DNA of 64,000 nucleotides from Polyangia bacterium (GTDB lineage: Bacteria > Myxococcota_A > Polyangia > Nannocystales > Nannocystaceae), in assembly GCA_030429545.1 (NCBI GenBank), contig JAUIFF010000001.1, positions 147,599-211,598 of the forward strand, in the 5' to 3' direction. A model generated the notes under the pieces. That model was given only the letters and a program-made list of their open reading frames with translations. It ran no database searches and was not told where the DNA came from. The position numbers and the translations under genes were made by a program. Of the stretch, positions 39,291-48,385 are shown piece by piece. Position 1 is the stretch's first letter. The number at the start of each line of letters is the position of its first letter.

Positions 39291-40358
39291 ATGGACGACA
39301 AAGACCGAGCTGATGACGCCAACCTGCATGTCCCGTCCATGCTGGCCAATTTGATGACCGCCGCTGCTGCATACGCGGTGCAGCGGGGTGTCTCCCTGGA
39401 GCAGATCGCCGAGGCAGCCGGGCTTGCGCCCAAGACTCTGATCGCTGCCCCCGAGCGGGTGCCCGAGGATGCGGTCTCGCGGATCCTCAACCTGCTCCAG
39501 CAGCGTTTCCCCGATGAGGCGGTGGCCGTTGAGATGGCGGCCGCGGCTCCCTTGCACTTTCTCGGTCCGCTCGCGCCCCTCGTGCGACTCGCACCCAATC
39601 TGCGTGCGGGCCTCGAGATGTTCGTGCACTTCCGCAGCCTGCTGTCCACACGCGCCGTGTTGGAGCTCGTCGAGGCACCGCCCGGACCCATGCTCCGGCT
39701 CGAACACCCGAACGACTTGGAGTTCGGTGGGGTGAGCACCGAGATGGGAATCGCGATGGGCGTGCGGGTGGTCGCTGAGGGCTTTTGCCTCCCCAACGCC
39801 CTGCGCGAAGTATGGTTCGAGCACCTGCCGACGGCGCCGCTCGGCAGGTACACAGAGGCCTTCTGTGTCCCAGTGCGTTTCAGGGCCCCTTGCAATGCAT
39901 TGCTGTTTCACGCCGAGCGGCTCGACGACCCCGTCGACACGGTCGCCGGTGCACAGCTCCGTGTGCTGCGGGCCCACCTAGAGCTTGTACGACAGCAGCT
40001 CGAGCAACAGGGAGAACCGGCAGAGCTCCGGCGGATCCGCGATGCGGCCGCTCAAAACGCAGCCCGCCGGGAGTACGGCGCGGCAGCACTCGCCCGTCGT
40101 CTGGGCATGAGCCTGCGGACGCTGCAGCGGCGTGTGGACGCGCTGGGCACCTCGGTCCGCTCGCTCATCGACGAAGTACGAGCGGCCACCGCCCGCCAGC
40201 TTATCTCCGACCCCGATCTGACTCTCCTCGAGGTCGCGGACGCGCTGGGATACACCACCGAAAGCGCCTTTCGCAGAGCTTTTCGCCGATGGACGGGACA
40301 CAGCCCTGCACACTACCGGCGCTCGCTCGCCGCCAGGCACGAGTCTTCGTCGGGTTAG
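39291..40358 (+). CDS. AraC-family transcriptional regulator
   Basis: Start refined to ATG 39291 (MDDKDRADD...). C-terminal AraC HTH (LLEVADALGYTTESAFRRAFRRWTGHSPAHYRR). Divergent from the cupin gene. Confidence 0.8.
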   Translation: MDDKDRADDANLHVPSMLANLMTAAAAYAVQRGVSLEQIAEAAGLAPKTLIAAPERVPEDAVSRILNLLQQRFPDEAVAVEMAAAAPLHFLGPLAPLVRLAPNLRAGLEMFVHFRSLLSTRAVLELVEAPPGPMLRLEHPNDLEFGGVSTEMGIAMGVRVVAEGFCLPNALREVWFEHLPTAPLGRYTEAFCVPVRFRAPCNALLFHAERLDDPVDTVAGAQLRVLRAHLELVRQQLEQQGEPAELRRIRDAAAQNAARREYGAAALARRLGMSLRTLQRRVDALGTSVRSLIDEVRAATARQLISDPDLTLLEVADALGYTTESAFRRAFRRWTGHSPAHYRRSLAARHESSSG

Positions 40359-40526
40359 CTGTACCTCCACGGCGTTGGTTGGCTCGTCCACTACCGAATC
40401 GTCCTCGAAGTTAGCGGTATCTTCAAGGTGTTGGCGGACTCGTCCAGACCGCGGTCGAACGTTCGGCCCACCGGTCACGACTGTCGGGCCCTTCCAGGCT
40501 GCCGAGTGTCGCCAAACCGCGGCCCT

Positions 40527-41230
40527 GCGCAAGTGCGTTGTCAGTCAGCTGCCGGTCGCAGGAGTTGGTGCGACGAATAGAGTGCGGCCTTGACCGCCGG
40601 CAGGCCGCCGCCAACCTTGGCCAGCGGGCCTCGGCCGATGTGCTGAGCAGAACAGAACCGAAGTCGTTCCGCTATCGTCGCAGATTATCCTGAGGCCTCC
40701 TATGTGCGGGAACGCGGTGAGCCGCGAGTCTCTGTAAGTGTGCCCAGTCAGCTGCCGGCCTCAGGAGTTGGTGCGGCCTTGACCGCCGGCCCCCGACGAC
40801 CGTGGCCAGCGGGTCTTAGCCGATGTGCTGATCAGAACAGAACCGAAGTCGTTCCGCTATCCTCGCAGATTATCCTGAGACCTCCTTTGTGTGGGAACGC
40901 GGTTAGCCGCGAGTCTCTGTAAGTGCTCAGTCAGCTGGCCGCAGGAGTTGGGCGGCCTTGGCCGCCGGCGGGCCTCCGACAACCGTGGCCAGCGGGTCTT
41001 GGCCGATGTGCTGAGCAGAACAGAACCGAAGTCGTTCCGCTATCGTCGCAGATTATCCTGCCGGCCGAGAATCAAACAGGAACAGAAGTCGTTGCGTTAT
41101 CGTCGCAGATTATCCTGAGGCCTCCTTTGTGCGGGAACGAGACACTTCCTCGGCAAGCCGCAAGTCTGCGCAGGTGCGTTGTCAGTCAGCTGCCGGTCGC
41201 AGGAGTTGGTGCCAGGAATAGAGCGCTCGT
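40527..41230. repeat. Tandem ~181-bp noncoding repeat array (~3.5 copies) with terminal ~60-bp direct repeats
   Basis: Units begin cagtcagctg(c)cgg...caggagttggtgcg at 40541, 40746, 40927 and 41186 (partial). Conserved core gccgatgtgctga(g/t)cagaacagaaccgaagtcgttccgctatc(g/c)tcgcagattatcctgag(g/a)cctcct(a/t)tgtg(c/t)gggaacg, with an extra diverged core at ~41075. Flanks gcgcaagtgcgttgtcagtcagctgccggtcgcaggagttggtgc occur at both ends. Confidence 0.85.
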
Positions 41231-41244
41231 TAACTGAGCACGAA

Positions 41245-41886
41245 CTAGTCCACACGAGCCCATCCCCGCGGCCAGCGTTTTTTTCGTCGGCGCAGGGGCG
41301 AGGCTACGCGTAGATCCAGATGTATCATCAAGTACTCGTCGTCGTCGTCGTTGGTGGTTGCGAACCAGGCTGGAAACGATGCCTGGGGCTCGGGTTGTCC
41401 AAACTCTAGAGGGTGGGCTTTCAACCCCCGGTACATCTTTCCGGTAGCTCCTGGCGGCAGCGTTTCGGGCAGGCCTTGGAGGACAAACAATTTGCGGGAT
41501 GGATGTTCGGCAAACCTGAACGCACACACCAGTAGTCGGCACTTCCTGTCAAAGCTGACCCAAATGTACCGTCGCCCATCGATGTGCTTGGTCGCCAAAA
41601 TTTTTCCTCGCACCCGGCGGCCGTAGGTCGAGAGCAGCGAGCGTTCGGTGTGGGTTAGGTGTAGCCGGCCATCGACTCGTGCTTCGCTGTCGAGGGGGGC
41701 CCCGTGTTCGAGACGAATGCGATGACTCAACAGAACCCGAATACGCTTTTGCCCCCCATCGACGGCCTGAACCTGTTGAAGATAGGCCCGGGTCAAGTCG
41801 ACTCGGTGTCCACAAGCACTGGCGAGCAACGCAGCAGCGATGGCGGCTAGCAGGCCAAAATAGTGATTTATTAGTTGAGTGTGCAT
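41245..41886 (-). CDS. Hypothetical secreted protein
   Basis: Start refined to MHTQLINHYFGLLAAIAAALLASACG (signal peptide). 213 aa with an acidic DDDDE near the C-terminus. No domain recognised. Confidence 0.5.
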   Translation of the reverse strand: MHTQLINHYFGLLAAIAAALLASACGHRVDLTRAYLQQVQAVDGGQKRIRVLLSHRIRLEHGAPLDSEARVDGRLHLTHTERSLLSTYGRRVRGKILATKHIDGRRYIWVSFDRKCRLLVCAFRFAEHPSRKLFVLQGLPETLPPGATGKMYRGLKAHPLEFGQPEPQASFPAWFATTNDDDDEYLMIHLDLRVASPLRRRKKRWPRGWARVD

Positions 41887-41958
41887 GATTCCTAGGCGAG
41901 GCTTTGTGGATACAATAAGGTCGCGGTTGGCTCGGTGGCGACGATGGTGCGTGCCGTA

Positions 41959-42125
41959 CAGGGGCACTTGGGGCGGGCGTGACAGATTAGGAGGTTTGGC
42001 GGCATTCCACTGGTTAGTGGGCGTGACAGTGTGGGAGGACTGGTTTTGGTCACATTTTGCAGCTTCTGGTGGGCGTGACAGCGCGTGGGAGGACCGGTTT
42101 TGGCAGCACTCCACGGGTTTAATGT
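41959..42125. repeat. Three tandem ~52-bp repeats each carrying GGGCGTGACAG
   Basis: gggcgtgacag-(3-5 nt)-ggagg-(2-3 nt)-ggttttgg at ~41966, 42011 and 42063. Lies between the tagH stop (42150) and the start of the 41886(-) gene, i.e. in that gene's promoter region. Confidence 0.75.
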
Positions 42126-42149
42126 GCGTTGTCTACGGGTGTACTAATG

Positions 42150-45100
42150 TCAAAACTCGCCAGGCTGCCAGTCGAGCTCCGCAGACGAGTTGGCTTCGGG
42201 GTTGACTGTTTGGACCAGTAGCGATGCGGTTGCGCCCACCAGTGTGCTGCCCGTGAGTCTGAGCGGTGACCTTCGTCGCCGCGTCTGTGTCATTTTTGTT
42301 CGTTCCGAAGTGTGCACAGTGAGTTGTTCTTCGAGGACTGGCTCGCCAGTGTCAAAAACGACAGCTCGTTCGAGCTCGAGGACCCATTCGGAGTGTGGAG
42401 GTTGGTAGTGCACCGTTCGCGTAAAGGTTGCCGGGCGGACACAGCCCTCCTGCGTAGGTGTGGCACCAACGACTAGCTCAGGGGTGTAAAGCTTCTCGCC
42501 GCTTCGCACGAGCAGGGTAAATTCATCACGGCATCTCGTTGTTGCAAGTGCATCGATGCATCGACGTGTCGAGAGCACAAAGTAGTCGGCAGACTGACCA
42601 GGAAAGAACTCGATTGCGGTCACTGCGGCAGCCGCCCGCATCGAACCTAACGCGCGTACTCGAAGCTCGCGCGACGAAACCTCAACCAGCGCGACTGGGC
42701 CGAGCCCCTCACCGTGGATTGTTGCCAACTGGAGCCATACCAATTCAAGCCCGGGAGCTGCGTGTGAGCGGGTAACCCGACTGGACTTTTCGATACCAAC
42801 TTCGGGGTACTCAAACTCGATGTTGGGGTCGCAGGTGTCGGTGGGTGCAGGCCACACAAACAGCTCTCCAGTACAGTCCAACAGTTTTCCGGGAGCAGAC
42901 TGAAACTGACCGTGGGTTTCCGGGTAGCTGCGCGCAAGCAGTTCGTACCAGTGTGTATCTACAATATCGTCCGAGCTCTCGGGGAGCGTATGGGCAAACG
43001 TGAGTTGGCAAAGAGGGGCGTTCGTCGGCTGGCTCGGCGGCGGGGAGCAAGCTGCAAGGACCATCAACAGGAACAACAAGATCGCCGCGGGAAGGTTCTT
43101 ACCAGTAGGAGCGGGTGTGTTTGCGAACTGTGTCGGTGATTGTTGTTCGCTATCTGGCACCCTCCGCGTGCCGAAGTCGGCAGGCTCTACAGGTGTTTTT
43201 GGAGATTGTGTCGGGGGTGCATCTTGGACACTCGGTCTCCCAAATGTGACGTGCTTTACGGGTATGTTTAGGGGTTGTGTCGGGGGCTCGTCTCGAACAC
43301 TCGGTCTCCCGAATATGACAGGCTTTTGCGGGAACTGTGTCGGAGGTTCATCTCGAAGGTTCGGTCTAGCGAATGTGACAGGTGTTACTAGGGGTTGTGT
43401 CGAAGGTTCACCTCGAACACTCCGTCGAGAGAATGTGACGGGCTTGACAGGTGTCTGCGGGGACTGTGTCGGAAGTTCATCCCGAACTCTCGGTCTCCCG
43501 AAGGGCTGGACAGGCTCGACCAGGGTTTGTGTGACGTCTCCTGTCGGGAGACTTACTTTGGAGCGTTGTGGTGGGGCACCGGGGGGCTGAACGGGCTCGA
43601 CCAGAGTTTGTGTGGCGTCTCCTGTCGGGGCACTTACTTTGGAGCGTTGTGGTGGAGCACCGGGGGACTGGACAGGCTCGACCAGGGTTTGTGTGACGTC
43701 TCCTGTCGGGCCATCTACTTTGGAGCGTTGTGGTGGGGCACCGGGGGACTGAACGGGCTCGACCAGAGTTTGTGTGGCGTCTCCTGTCGGGCCACTTACT
43801 TTGGAGCGTTGTACTGGGCCGCCGGGGGGCGGGTGCCACACCTGTGGGTGCTCGCCATCTGCAACCTCCCCAAGTGTTTGAGTGACATCGCCTGCGGCCG
43901 TCGTGTCGTGGGGGCGATCCGGCAGCAGGCAGGCAGGTCGCTTGTGGGTTACCGAGTCTTCGCCTGCGGTGCGTGGGCGGTGAGCGAGGTCGCCAACCGA
44001 AACCGGCAAAAACCGACGGGAGTCAGTCGTGTGGTACAAACGCCCGCAGATCGAAGTATATGCATTTGCAAAGTTTTTGCCAAGGAGTGCACGGTTGAGC
44101 TCCTCGTCCTGCAGTAGTTGGGCAAGCCGACGCTTAAACAGTGCCCAGCGGGCGTGCACGCGCAATGGCCAGAGTTTCCATGGAATCGTCAGTCGCCCAA
44201 GTCGAATCGCGGTTTTTCTTAAACGCCTATCGAGGGCCTTGGGTGACAAACTGTTGAGCACTGCCCGAACGCTTCCCCGCAACCCTCCCAGCAACCCTAG
44301 CTGATGGGCCATCAGGGTTTTGTAGGCTTGATTCAGTGCTTGCAGTCGCGGAGCATTGGTACCCTTAGGATCGTATAAATAGCGTAGGACATCGTTGGGG
44401 TCCTTGGGGTGGGCAAGCGGGTTATTTGCCTGAAATGGCACAACATGGGCATGCCCGTGGGCGAAGTCGATAGCTCCATCGTGCAACCCGACCAGTGCCC
44501 GAGCGTGGGCACGGGCAACTGTCACAACCCGGGTTACAAACGCCGCAATTTCATCGGAGGTTTCGAGGTTTGTCTGATTCCCGGTGAGCTCGCGGGCAAG
44601 CCAGCGTAGCGCACGTCCCGAAACGACATCTCGGTGGTGCGTAAATCCGGTTGCTTCGGGGCGTGAGCGACTTGGACCGCTTGGACCACTTGGACCGCTT
44701 GGACCACTTGGGCCACGACACGGGCCCATCGAGCGAAAGGCCGGTTCTTTCGCCAGGACCGGAAGCGACTGGCGAAGTTGGGTAAAAACCTCGTGTTGCT
44801 GCGCAGGCGTCAAGTCTGCAGTTTGCTGCCGAAGTTTGGCCAAAAGTTGTTCGCAAGCTCCAAGATACTCATTGTAAAGCGGGGTGAGAGTCTCCAGGAT
44901 GCTGGCGTTCGTTCGCGATGGACGACGCCATACCGTTGTCGGTTGGGCTTCGCAGTGCACGTCGGATGGGCTGGGTTTGTCCGTCGACCACAGCATCGTT
45001 GGCTCGCTGGGCTTCGGCGCACCCATTGCCGAGCGGAGCTCCCGTTGCAGGCGTTGCGCATGGCAGTTTTCATTGGCCGTAAGCAGCTCGCCCGGCCCCA

Positions 45101-45401
45101 GCTTGCGACTGATTGCCAGGCGTACGGGACCAAGCGTGAGCTGTGAGCTCGTTGTCAACTGGTAGGGGTTGTTTGCGGAGAGTGGGCGACCATCGAGGCG
45201 GCTGCCATTGGCTGAGTCGAGGTCGGTATACTCAACCCAGTTGCGCGAAAAATTGACGACTCCATGTAGTTGAGAAACATAGGGGGAGTTGACAACAATA
45301 TCGTTGCAAAGGTTGCGGCCGATCGAGACCGGGGAGTGCGTAAATCGCAACCGCCGCTCTAGTACTCCGTCAGGTGAATAAATATGAATATACAGATGCA
45401 T
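42150..45401 (-). CDS. tagH: T6SS-associated FHA-domain protein (TagH/Fha-like) with repeat region, TM segment and large C-terminal domain
   Basis: 1083 aa. N-terminal FHA domain (RFTHSPVSIGRNLCNDIVVNSPYVSQLHGVV...DLDSANGSRLDGRPL). Four 28-aa tandem repeats (QRSKVSGPTGDATQTLVEPVQSPGAPP). Pro-rich segment, TM helix LPAAILLFLLMVLAAC, then a ~330-aa C-terminal domain. Last gene of the hcp-tssEFG operon. Confidence 0.75.
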   Translation of the reverse strand: MHLYIHIYSPDGVLERRLRFTHSPVSIGRNLCNDIVVNSPYVSQLHGVVNFSRNWVEYTDLDSANGSRLDGRPLSANNPYQLTTSSQLTLGPVRLAISRKLGPGELLTANENCHAQRLQRELRSAMGAPKPSEPTMLWSTDKPSPSDVHCEAQPTTVWRRPSRTNASILETLTPLYNEYLGACEQLLAKLRQQTADLTPAQQHEVFTQLRQSLPVLAKEPAFRSMGPCRGPSGPSGPSGPSGPSRSRPEATGFTHHRDVVSGRALRWLARELTGNQTNLETSDEIAAFVTRVVTVARAHARALVGLHDGAIDFAHGHAHVVPFQANNPLAHPKDPNDVLRYLYDPKGTNAPRLQALNQAYKTLMAHQLGLLGGLRGSVRAVLNSLSPKALDRRLRKTAIRLGRLTIPWKLWPLRVHARWALFKRRLAQLLQDEELNRALLGKNFANAYTSICGRLYHTTDSRRFLPVSVGDLAHRPRTAGEDSVTHKRPACLLPDRPHDTTAAGDVTQTLGEVADGEHPQVWHPPPGGPVQRSKVSGPTGDATQTLVEPVQSPGAPPQRSKVDGPTGDVTQTLVEPVQSPGAPPQRSKVSAPTGDATQTLVEPVQPPGAPPQRSKVSLPTGDVTQTLVEPVQPFGRPRVRDELPTQSPQTPVKPVTFSRRSVRGEPSTQPLVTPVTFARPNLRDEPPTQFPQKPVIFGRPSVRDEPPTQPLNIPVKHVTFGRPSVQDAPPTQSPKTPVEPADFGTRRVPDSEQQSPTQFANTPAPTGKNLPAAILLFLLMVLAACSPPPSQPTNAPLCQLTFAHTLPESSDDIVDTHWYELLARSYPETHGQFQSAPGKLLDCTGELFVWPAPTDTCDPNIEFEYPEVGIEKSSRVTRSHAAPGLELVWLQLATIHGEGLGPVALVEVSSRELRVRALGSMRAAAAVTAIEFFPGQSADYFVLSTRRCIDALATTRCRDEFTLLVRSGEKLYTPELVVGATPTQEGCVRPATFTRTVHYQPPHSEWVLELERAVVFDTGEPVLEEQLTVHTSERTKMTQTRRRRSPLRLTGSTLVGATASLLVQTVNPEANSSAELDWQPGEF
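43490..43840. repeat. In-frame 84-bp tandem repeats (4 copies) inside tagH
   Basis: DNA repeats gctcgaccagggtttgtgtgacgtctcctgtcggg...ctttggagcgttgtggtgg encode the 28-aa repeat. Likely length-variable. Confidence 0.8.
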
Positions 45402-45403
45402 CG

Positions 45404-46288
45404 CTACTCCGGGTACCCTGTGAAGACCTTACTAGTGGGTGTGTGGGGAAGTTTGGTGCGCGACAGCCAGCTACGACCAAGGACGAGTTTGCCGACTTGC
45501 TGGTCGGAGCTGGCGAGGCTGCTTGGATAGACAGATACTCGTAGTGGGACGGTTTTCCCGGTGAGGAGCCGGCACTGCTTCGCCAGCGACTCACCAGCGA
45601 GCTGGTCAAAGATCTCACAGATACGGTCGACGGGCACGGCCGTGAATGTGATGGACAACCCCTCGAGCTGCTCGTGGCCAGAGCCTAGGCGAGCACAACC
45701 CAAGCGTATTTGCCCTAACCGGTGTGTTTGCCTGTGTTTGCCCGTTTGAATGCGGAGAGTTTGGTGCTCGACTCGGACCTTCCACCCGCGATTGCGAAAG
45801 TAGGTTGTCACCATCCAAATAAGTGCCCGCCGACCGCGACGTGCCCGGAGCCCGAGCTGAACGGCGAGTTCGAATCCCGGGAAGTCCACATCACAATGGC
45901 GAACGCTCGTAAATCCTGCTGCGCACAAAAACCGGCTTTGCCAGCGATCGACGGCTCCGCCCGTACACGGCTGTAGTGCTCGCACCGTGGTGACAAGCGA
46001 TACAACGAGATGTGTGTGGATGGCATCCAAGATGGCGCGGGTGGTGGGGCAATTACGTGCGGTCTGCTCGAGCAGCTCACAGAAGTCGGGTGCTAAGGGA
46101 CTGCTTTCTCCGGTGAGTGCAAGGAGCGGAGTAGAGACCGTGTACTCGGGGGACTCTTGCATGTGCCAGTCTGTTGTAGGGAACGCCTGACCCCGCGTGG
46201 TCACCCGCACTTTACGGCCGGACACGATGGCGCTAAACAGCGAAGGCCGGTTGAGACCCCGTCGAAATTTCATCTTGGCACTGTGCAT
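45404..46288 (-). CDS. tssG: T6SS baseplate subunit TssG (by synteny)
   Basis: 294 aa. Starts 5 nt after the tssF stop. Position and size fit tssE-tssF-tssG order. Sequence-level confirmation not possible by eye. Confidence 0.55.
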   Translation of the reverse strand: MHSAKMKFRRGLNRPSLFSAIVSGRKVRVTTRGQAFPTTDWHMQESPEYTVSTPLLALTGESSPLAPDFCELLEQTARNCPTTRAILDAIHTHLVVSLVTTVRALQPCTGGAVDRWQSRFLCAAGFTSVRHCDVDFPGFELAVQLGLRARRGRRALIWMVTTYFRNRGWKVRVEHQTLRIQTGKHRQTHRLGQIRLGCARLGSGHEQLEGLSITFTAVPVDRICEIFDQLAGESLAKQCRLLTGKTVPLRVSVYPSSLASSDQQVGKLVLGRSWLSRTKLPHTPTSKVFTGYPE

Positions 46289-46293
46289 GTTGA

Positions 46294-47949
46294 TTATAAG
46301 TGGAATTGGATGTTGTCGCGTAAACCCGTCACACGAACCTCGCACTCAACCTGGGTAGCGAATGAAACAGAGTCCGCAATCAGCACCTGAAGCACTCGGG
46401 AAAACACCCACGCATCGCCCCTACCTGCGAGGCATTCACTGGCGAGTTGAACCCTACACATTAAGACCTGTCTCACCTGCCCCCGGATGGCGCGGTAGAC
46501 AGGTTCGAATTCAGAGCGCTGAATAGCGGCGGCGAGTTTGAGCCCATGCGACCCGGGAACCATGAGTTTGATAGCCTGATCGAGCAAAGATTTCGACAGT
46601 TGAGCTGATTGCCGGCGGGCGTGCCATCCGAGGAGGTCCCAAGTTGGCCCGTAGTCGACGCACGGGGCGAGCCCGCGACTGACACGGGAAATGTTGGTCG
46701 CCGCGAGCATGGGTGGTGTATTCGCTGTGGGAACACAAATATCGCCGGTGCGAAGCTTGTCGAGGGCCTGGGGAGACGTTTGGCATAGGAGCTCCGTTGA
46801 AATTACATCTCCCGGCTCAAGGCTGCCCGAGGGCTCGAGCTGCAGTACCAAAAACGGCTCCCCGGGGAGGCGGGCAGTTGTATAGCGCCCAGCACATGCG
46901 TCTTTCGTCTCGTGTTGACGAGCGGGCAACCCCCGCACAAGAGGGAGGCGACCACGACTCGCGGGCCGCGAGACCGAGGCTTCCCGCACTGCAAACACCC
47001 GCGTATTTTCTCGAGTGGGCTCGAGGCAGTATTCGTGGCAATGCTCGACCATGGTGATCGGCTGTCCGCCGACCGCAAATAGGTTGACTGCTGGTACACA
47101 ACCGACGCGGAGAAAGTCTCGAAGTCCGTGTGCGCCCGAAGGTGTAGGGTTGTGGGAGAATAGCCGGAATTCGAGACTCTGGCCCTCTAGTTGTGTGAGT
47201 TGTTGCAGGCCATCGAGCTCAAAAAACAACAGGCTTTCAGGAAGGGCCGCGTACTGTTGCAGCAGCCGAAGAGCGTCTGGATACTCTGTGAGTTCAAAGT
47301 CGAGTGGTTGTAACTGACGGGTTTTGACTGTCTGAGCGGGTAGCACTCCCGCAGGTTCACCATCGATGAAGTACTCGACTTTGCAGGTGCGCCGGGTAAT
47401 GTGTTCGAAGATCGTTGCCGCGAGTCGATAGGGTCCGGCAACAAAGAACTCGATCGAACGGCTTGAAAACCGTTGCCGAGACAGGGCCAAACAGATCGAA
47501 AGATACGCTTGCCCATGTTGTTTGTGGACGAACTCGGTCGAAACTACCTCGATGTCGGGCACCGTGATGGGACGAGTTGTTGCAAATCGGCAGGACTCCG
47601 TACGTTGGTGCGAGGTTGCAACTTCCACACCTGCGGGCACGCCGAGCGCTCTACCTGCCGCCCCCCCACGTGGTTGAAACTCAAGTACTGTGATTGCGGG
47701 CAGCCCCCGGATGTAGTCCGGTGCGAACATCTCGGCTTGTTGATAGGCGAGCAGGCTACTTTCGATGGCGACACGCTGTTGCAGCGTAGCTGTTAGGTAG
47801 GCGACGCCCTGCAGTAGCTGCCGGATCTCGGGTCGGTAATTGTCTGGGGTTGCAAGGCCATGCGCGCTGTCGGGGAACTGTTCACCAAATCGGCGTGCAT
47901 CACCTGAGAGCTTCTCCAGCTCAGCGAGATATTGTTGCTCGAGTTTCAT
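46294..47949 (-). CDS. tssF: T6SS baseplate subunit TssF (ImpG/VasA family)
   Basis: 551 aa. N-terminus YLAELEKLSGDARRFGEQFPDSAHGLA...PEIRQLLQGVAYLTATLQQRV matches the conserved TssF N-terminal pattern (YL.EL..L...F...P..A..L...DP.VERLLEG.AFL). Confidence 0.75.
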   Translation of the reverse strand: MKLEQQYLAELEKLSGDARRFGEQFPDSAHGLATPDNYRPEIRQLLQGVAYLTATLQQRVAIESSLLAYQQAEMFAPDYIRGLPAITVLEFQPRGGAAGRALGVPAGVEVATSHQRTESCRFATTRPITVPDIEVVSTEFVHKQHGQAYLSICLALSRQRFSSRSIEFFVAGPYRLAATIFEHITRRTCKVEYFIDGEPAGVLPAQTVKTRQLQPLDFELTEYPDALRLLQQYAALPESLLFFELDGLQQLTQLEGQSLEFRLFSHNPTPSGAHGLRDFLRVGCVPAVNLFAVGGQPITMVEHCHEYCLEPTRENTRVFAVREASVSRPASRGRLPLVRGLPARQHETKDACAGRYTTARLPGEPFLVLQLEPSGSLEPGDVISTELLCQTSPQALDKLRTGDICVPTANTPPMLAATNISRVSRGLAPCVDYGPTWDLLGWHARRQSAQLSKSLLDQAIKLMVPGSHGLKLAAAIQRSEFEPVYRAIRGQVRQVLMCRVQLASECLAGRGDAWVFSRVLQVLIADSVSFATQVECEVRVTGLRDNIQFHL

Positions 47950-48353
47950 GGTTCGATAGGCAAAGTTGTTGAATAGTCAACGACCCGAAGGTGAAGCGGA
48001 GAAAGTGCGCGTAGACGGATAGAAAGTTGTCCTTGCGACCCCTGCACACGTGCAGTGACAACGACGTCACGAAGCCGCCCAGTTGGGGCGCAGTTGGTGA
48101 GCAACTCGATCTCACGAAGTCTCGGCTCTGCCCTCCGCAGCAGTTGTCGGAGGTTCGTTTCCAGACGCTTGTGTTCCACAGCAGCCGTGCGGCTTTCTGC
48201 GTTAATGACGAGGGCGTGACCATAAGCGGCTTTCCCCGCACCTGAGAAGGTCCAAAGCTGGGTTGAAATACTGGTGACGATTTGCTCCGCTGGGTCCACC
48301 GTAGATCGGGTGAATAGACTGAGTGGTTTTCGCCGAAAGACAGTGTTTTTCAT
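47946..48353 (-). CDS. tssE: T6SS baseplate subunit TssE (gp25-like), by synteny
   Basis: 135 aa. 4-nt overlap with the tssF start. Size and position typical. Confidence 0.55.
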   Translation of the reverse strand: MKNTVFRRKPLSLFTRSTVDPAEQIVTSISTQLWTFSGAGKAAYGHALVINAESRTAAVEHKRLETNLRQLLRRAEPRLREIELLTNCAPTGRLRDVVVTARVQGSQGQLSIRLRALSPLHLRVVDYSTTLPIEP

Positions 48354-48385
48354 GGGAAAAAGAGGGCCGGCTGGCCCTCCAATGG

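Noticed and set aside
40891-41237. 75- and 104-aa ORFs within the 181-bp tandem array
   Set aside because: Frames are not conserved between repeat copies (indels between units). No RBS and poor codon usage. The array is treated as noncoding.
43000-44117. Plus-strand ORFs (196 and 240 aa) opposite tagH, rich in CVGG/GLDRL repeats
   Set aside because: They mirror the in-frame 84-bp repeats of tagH on the other strand. tagH has the FHA domain and operon context.
46490-46510. ggttcgaattc resembling a tRNA T-loop
   Set aside because: It lies inside the tssF coding sequence with no cloverleaf context. No tRNA gene is supported anywhere in the window.
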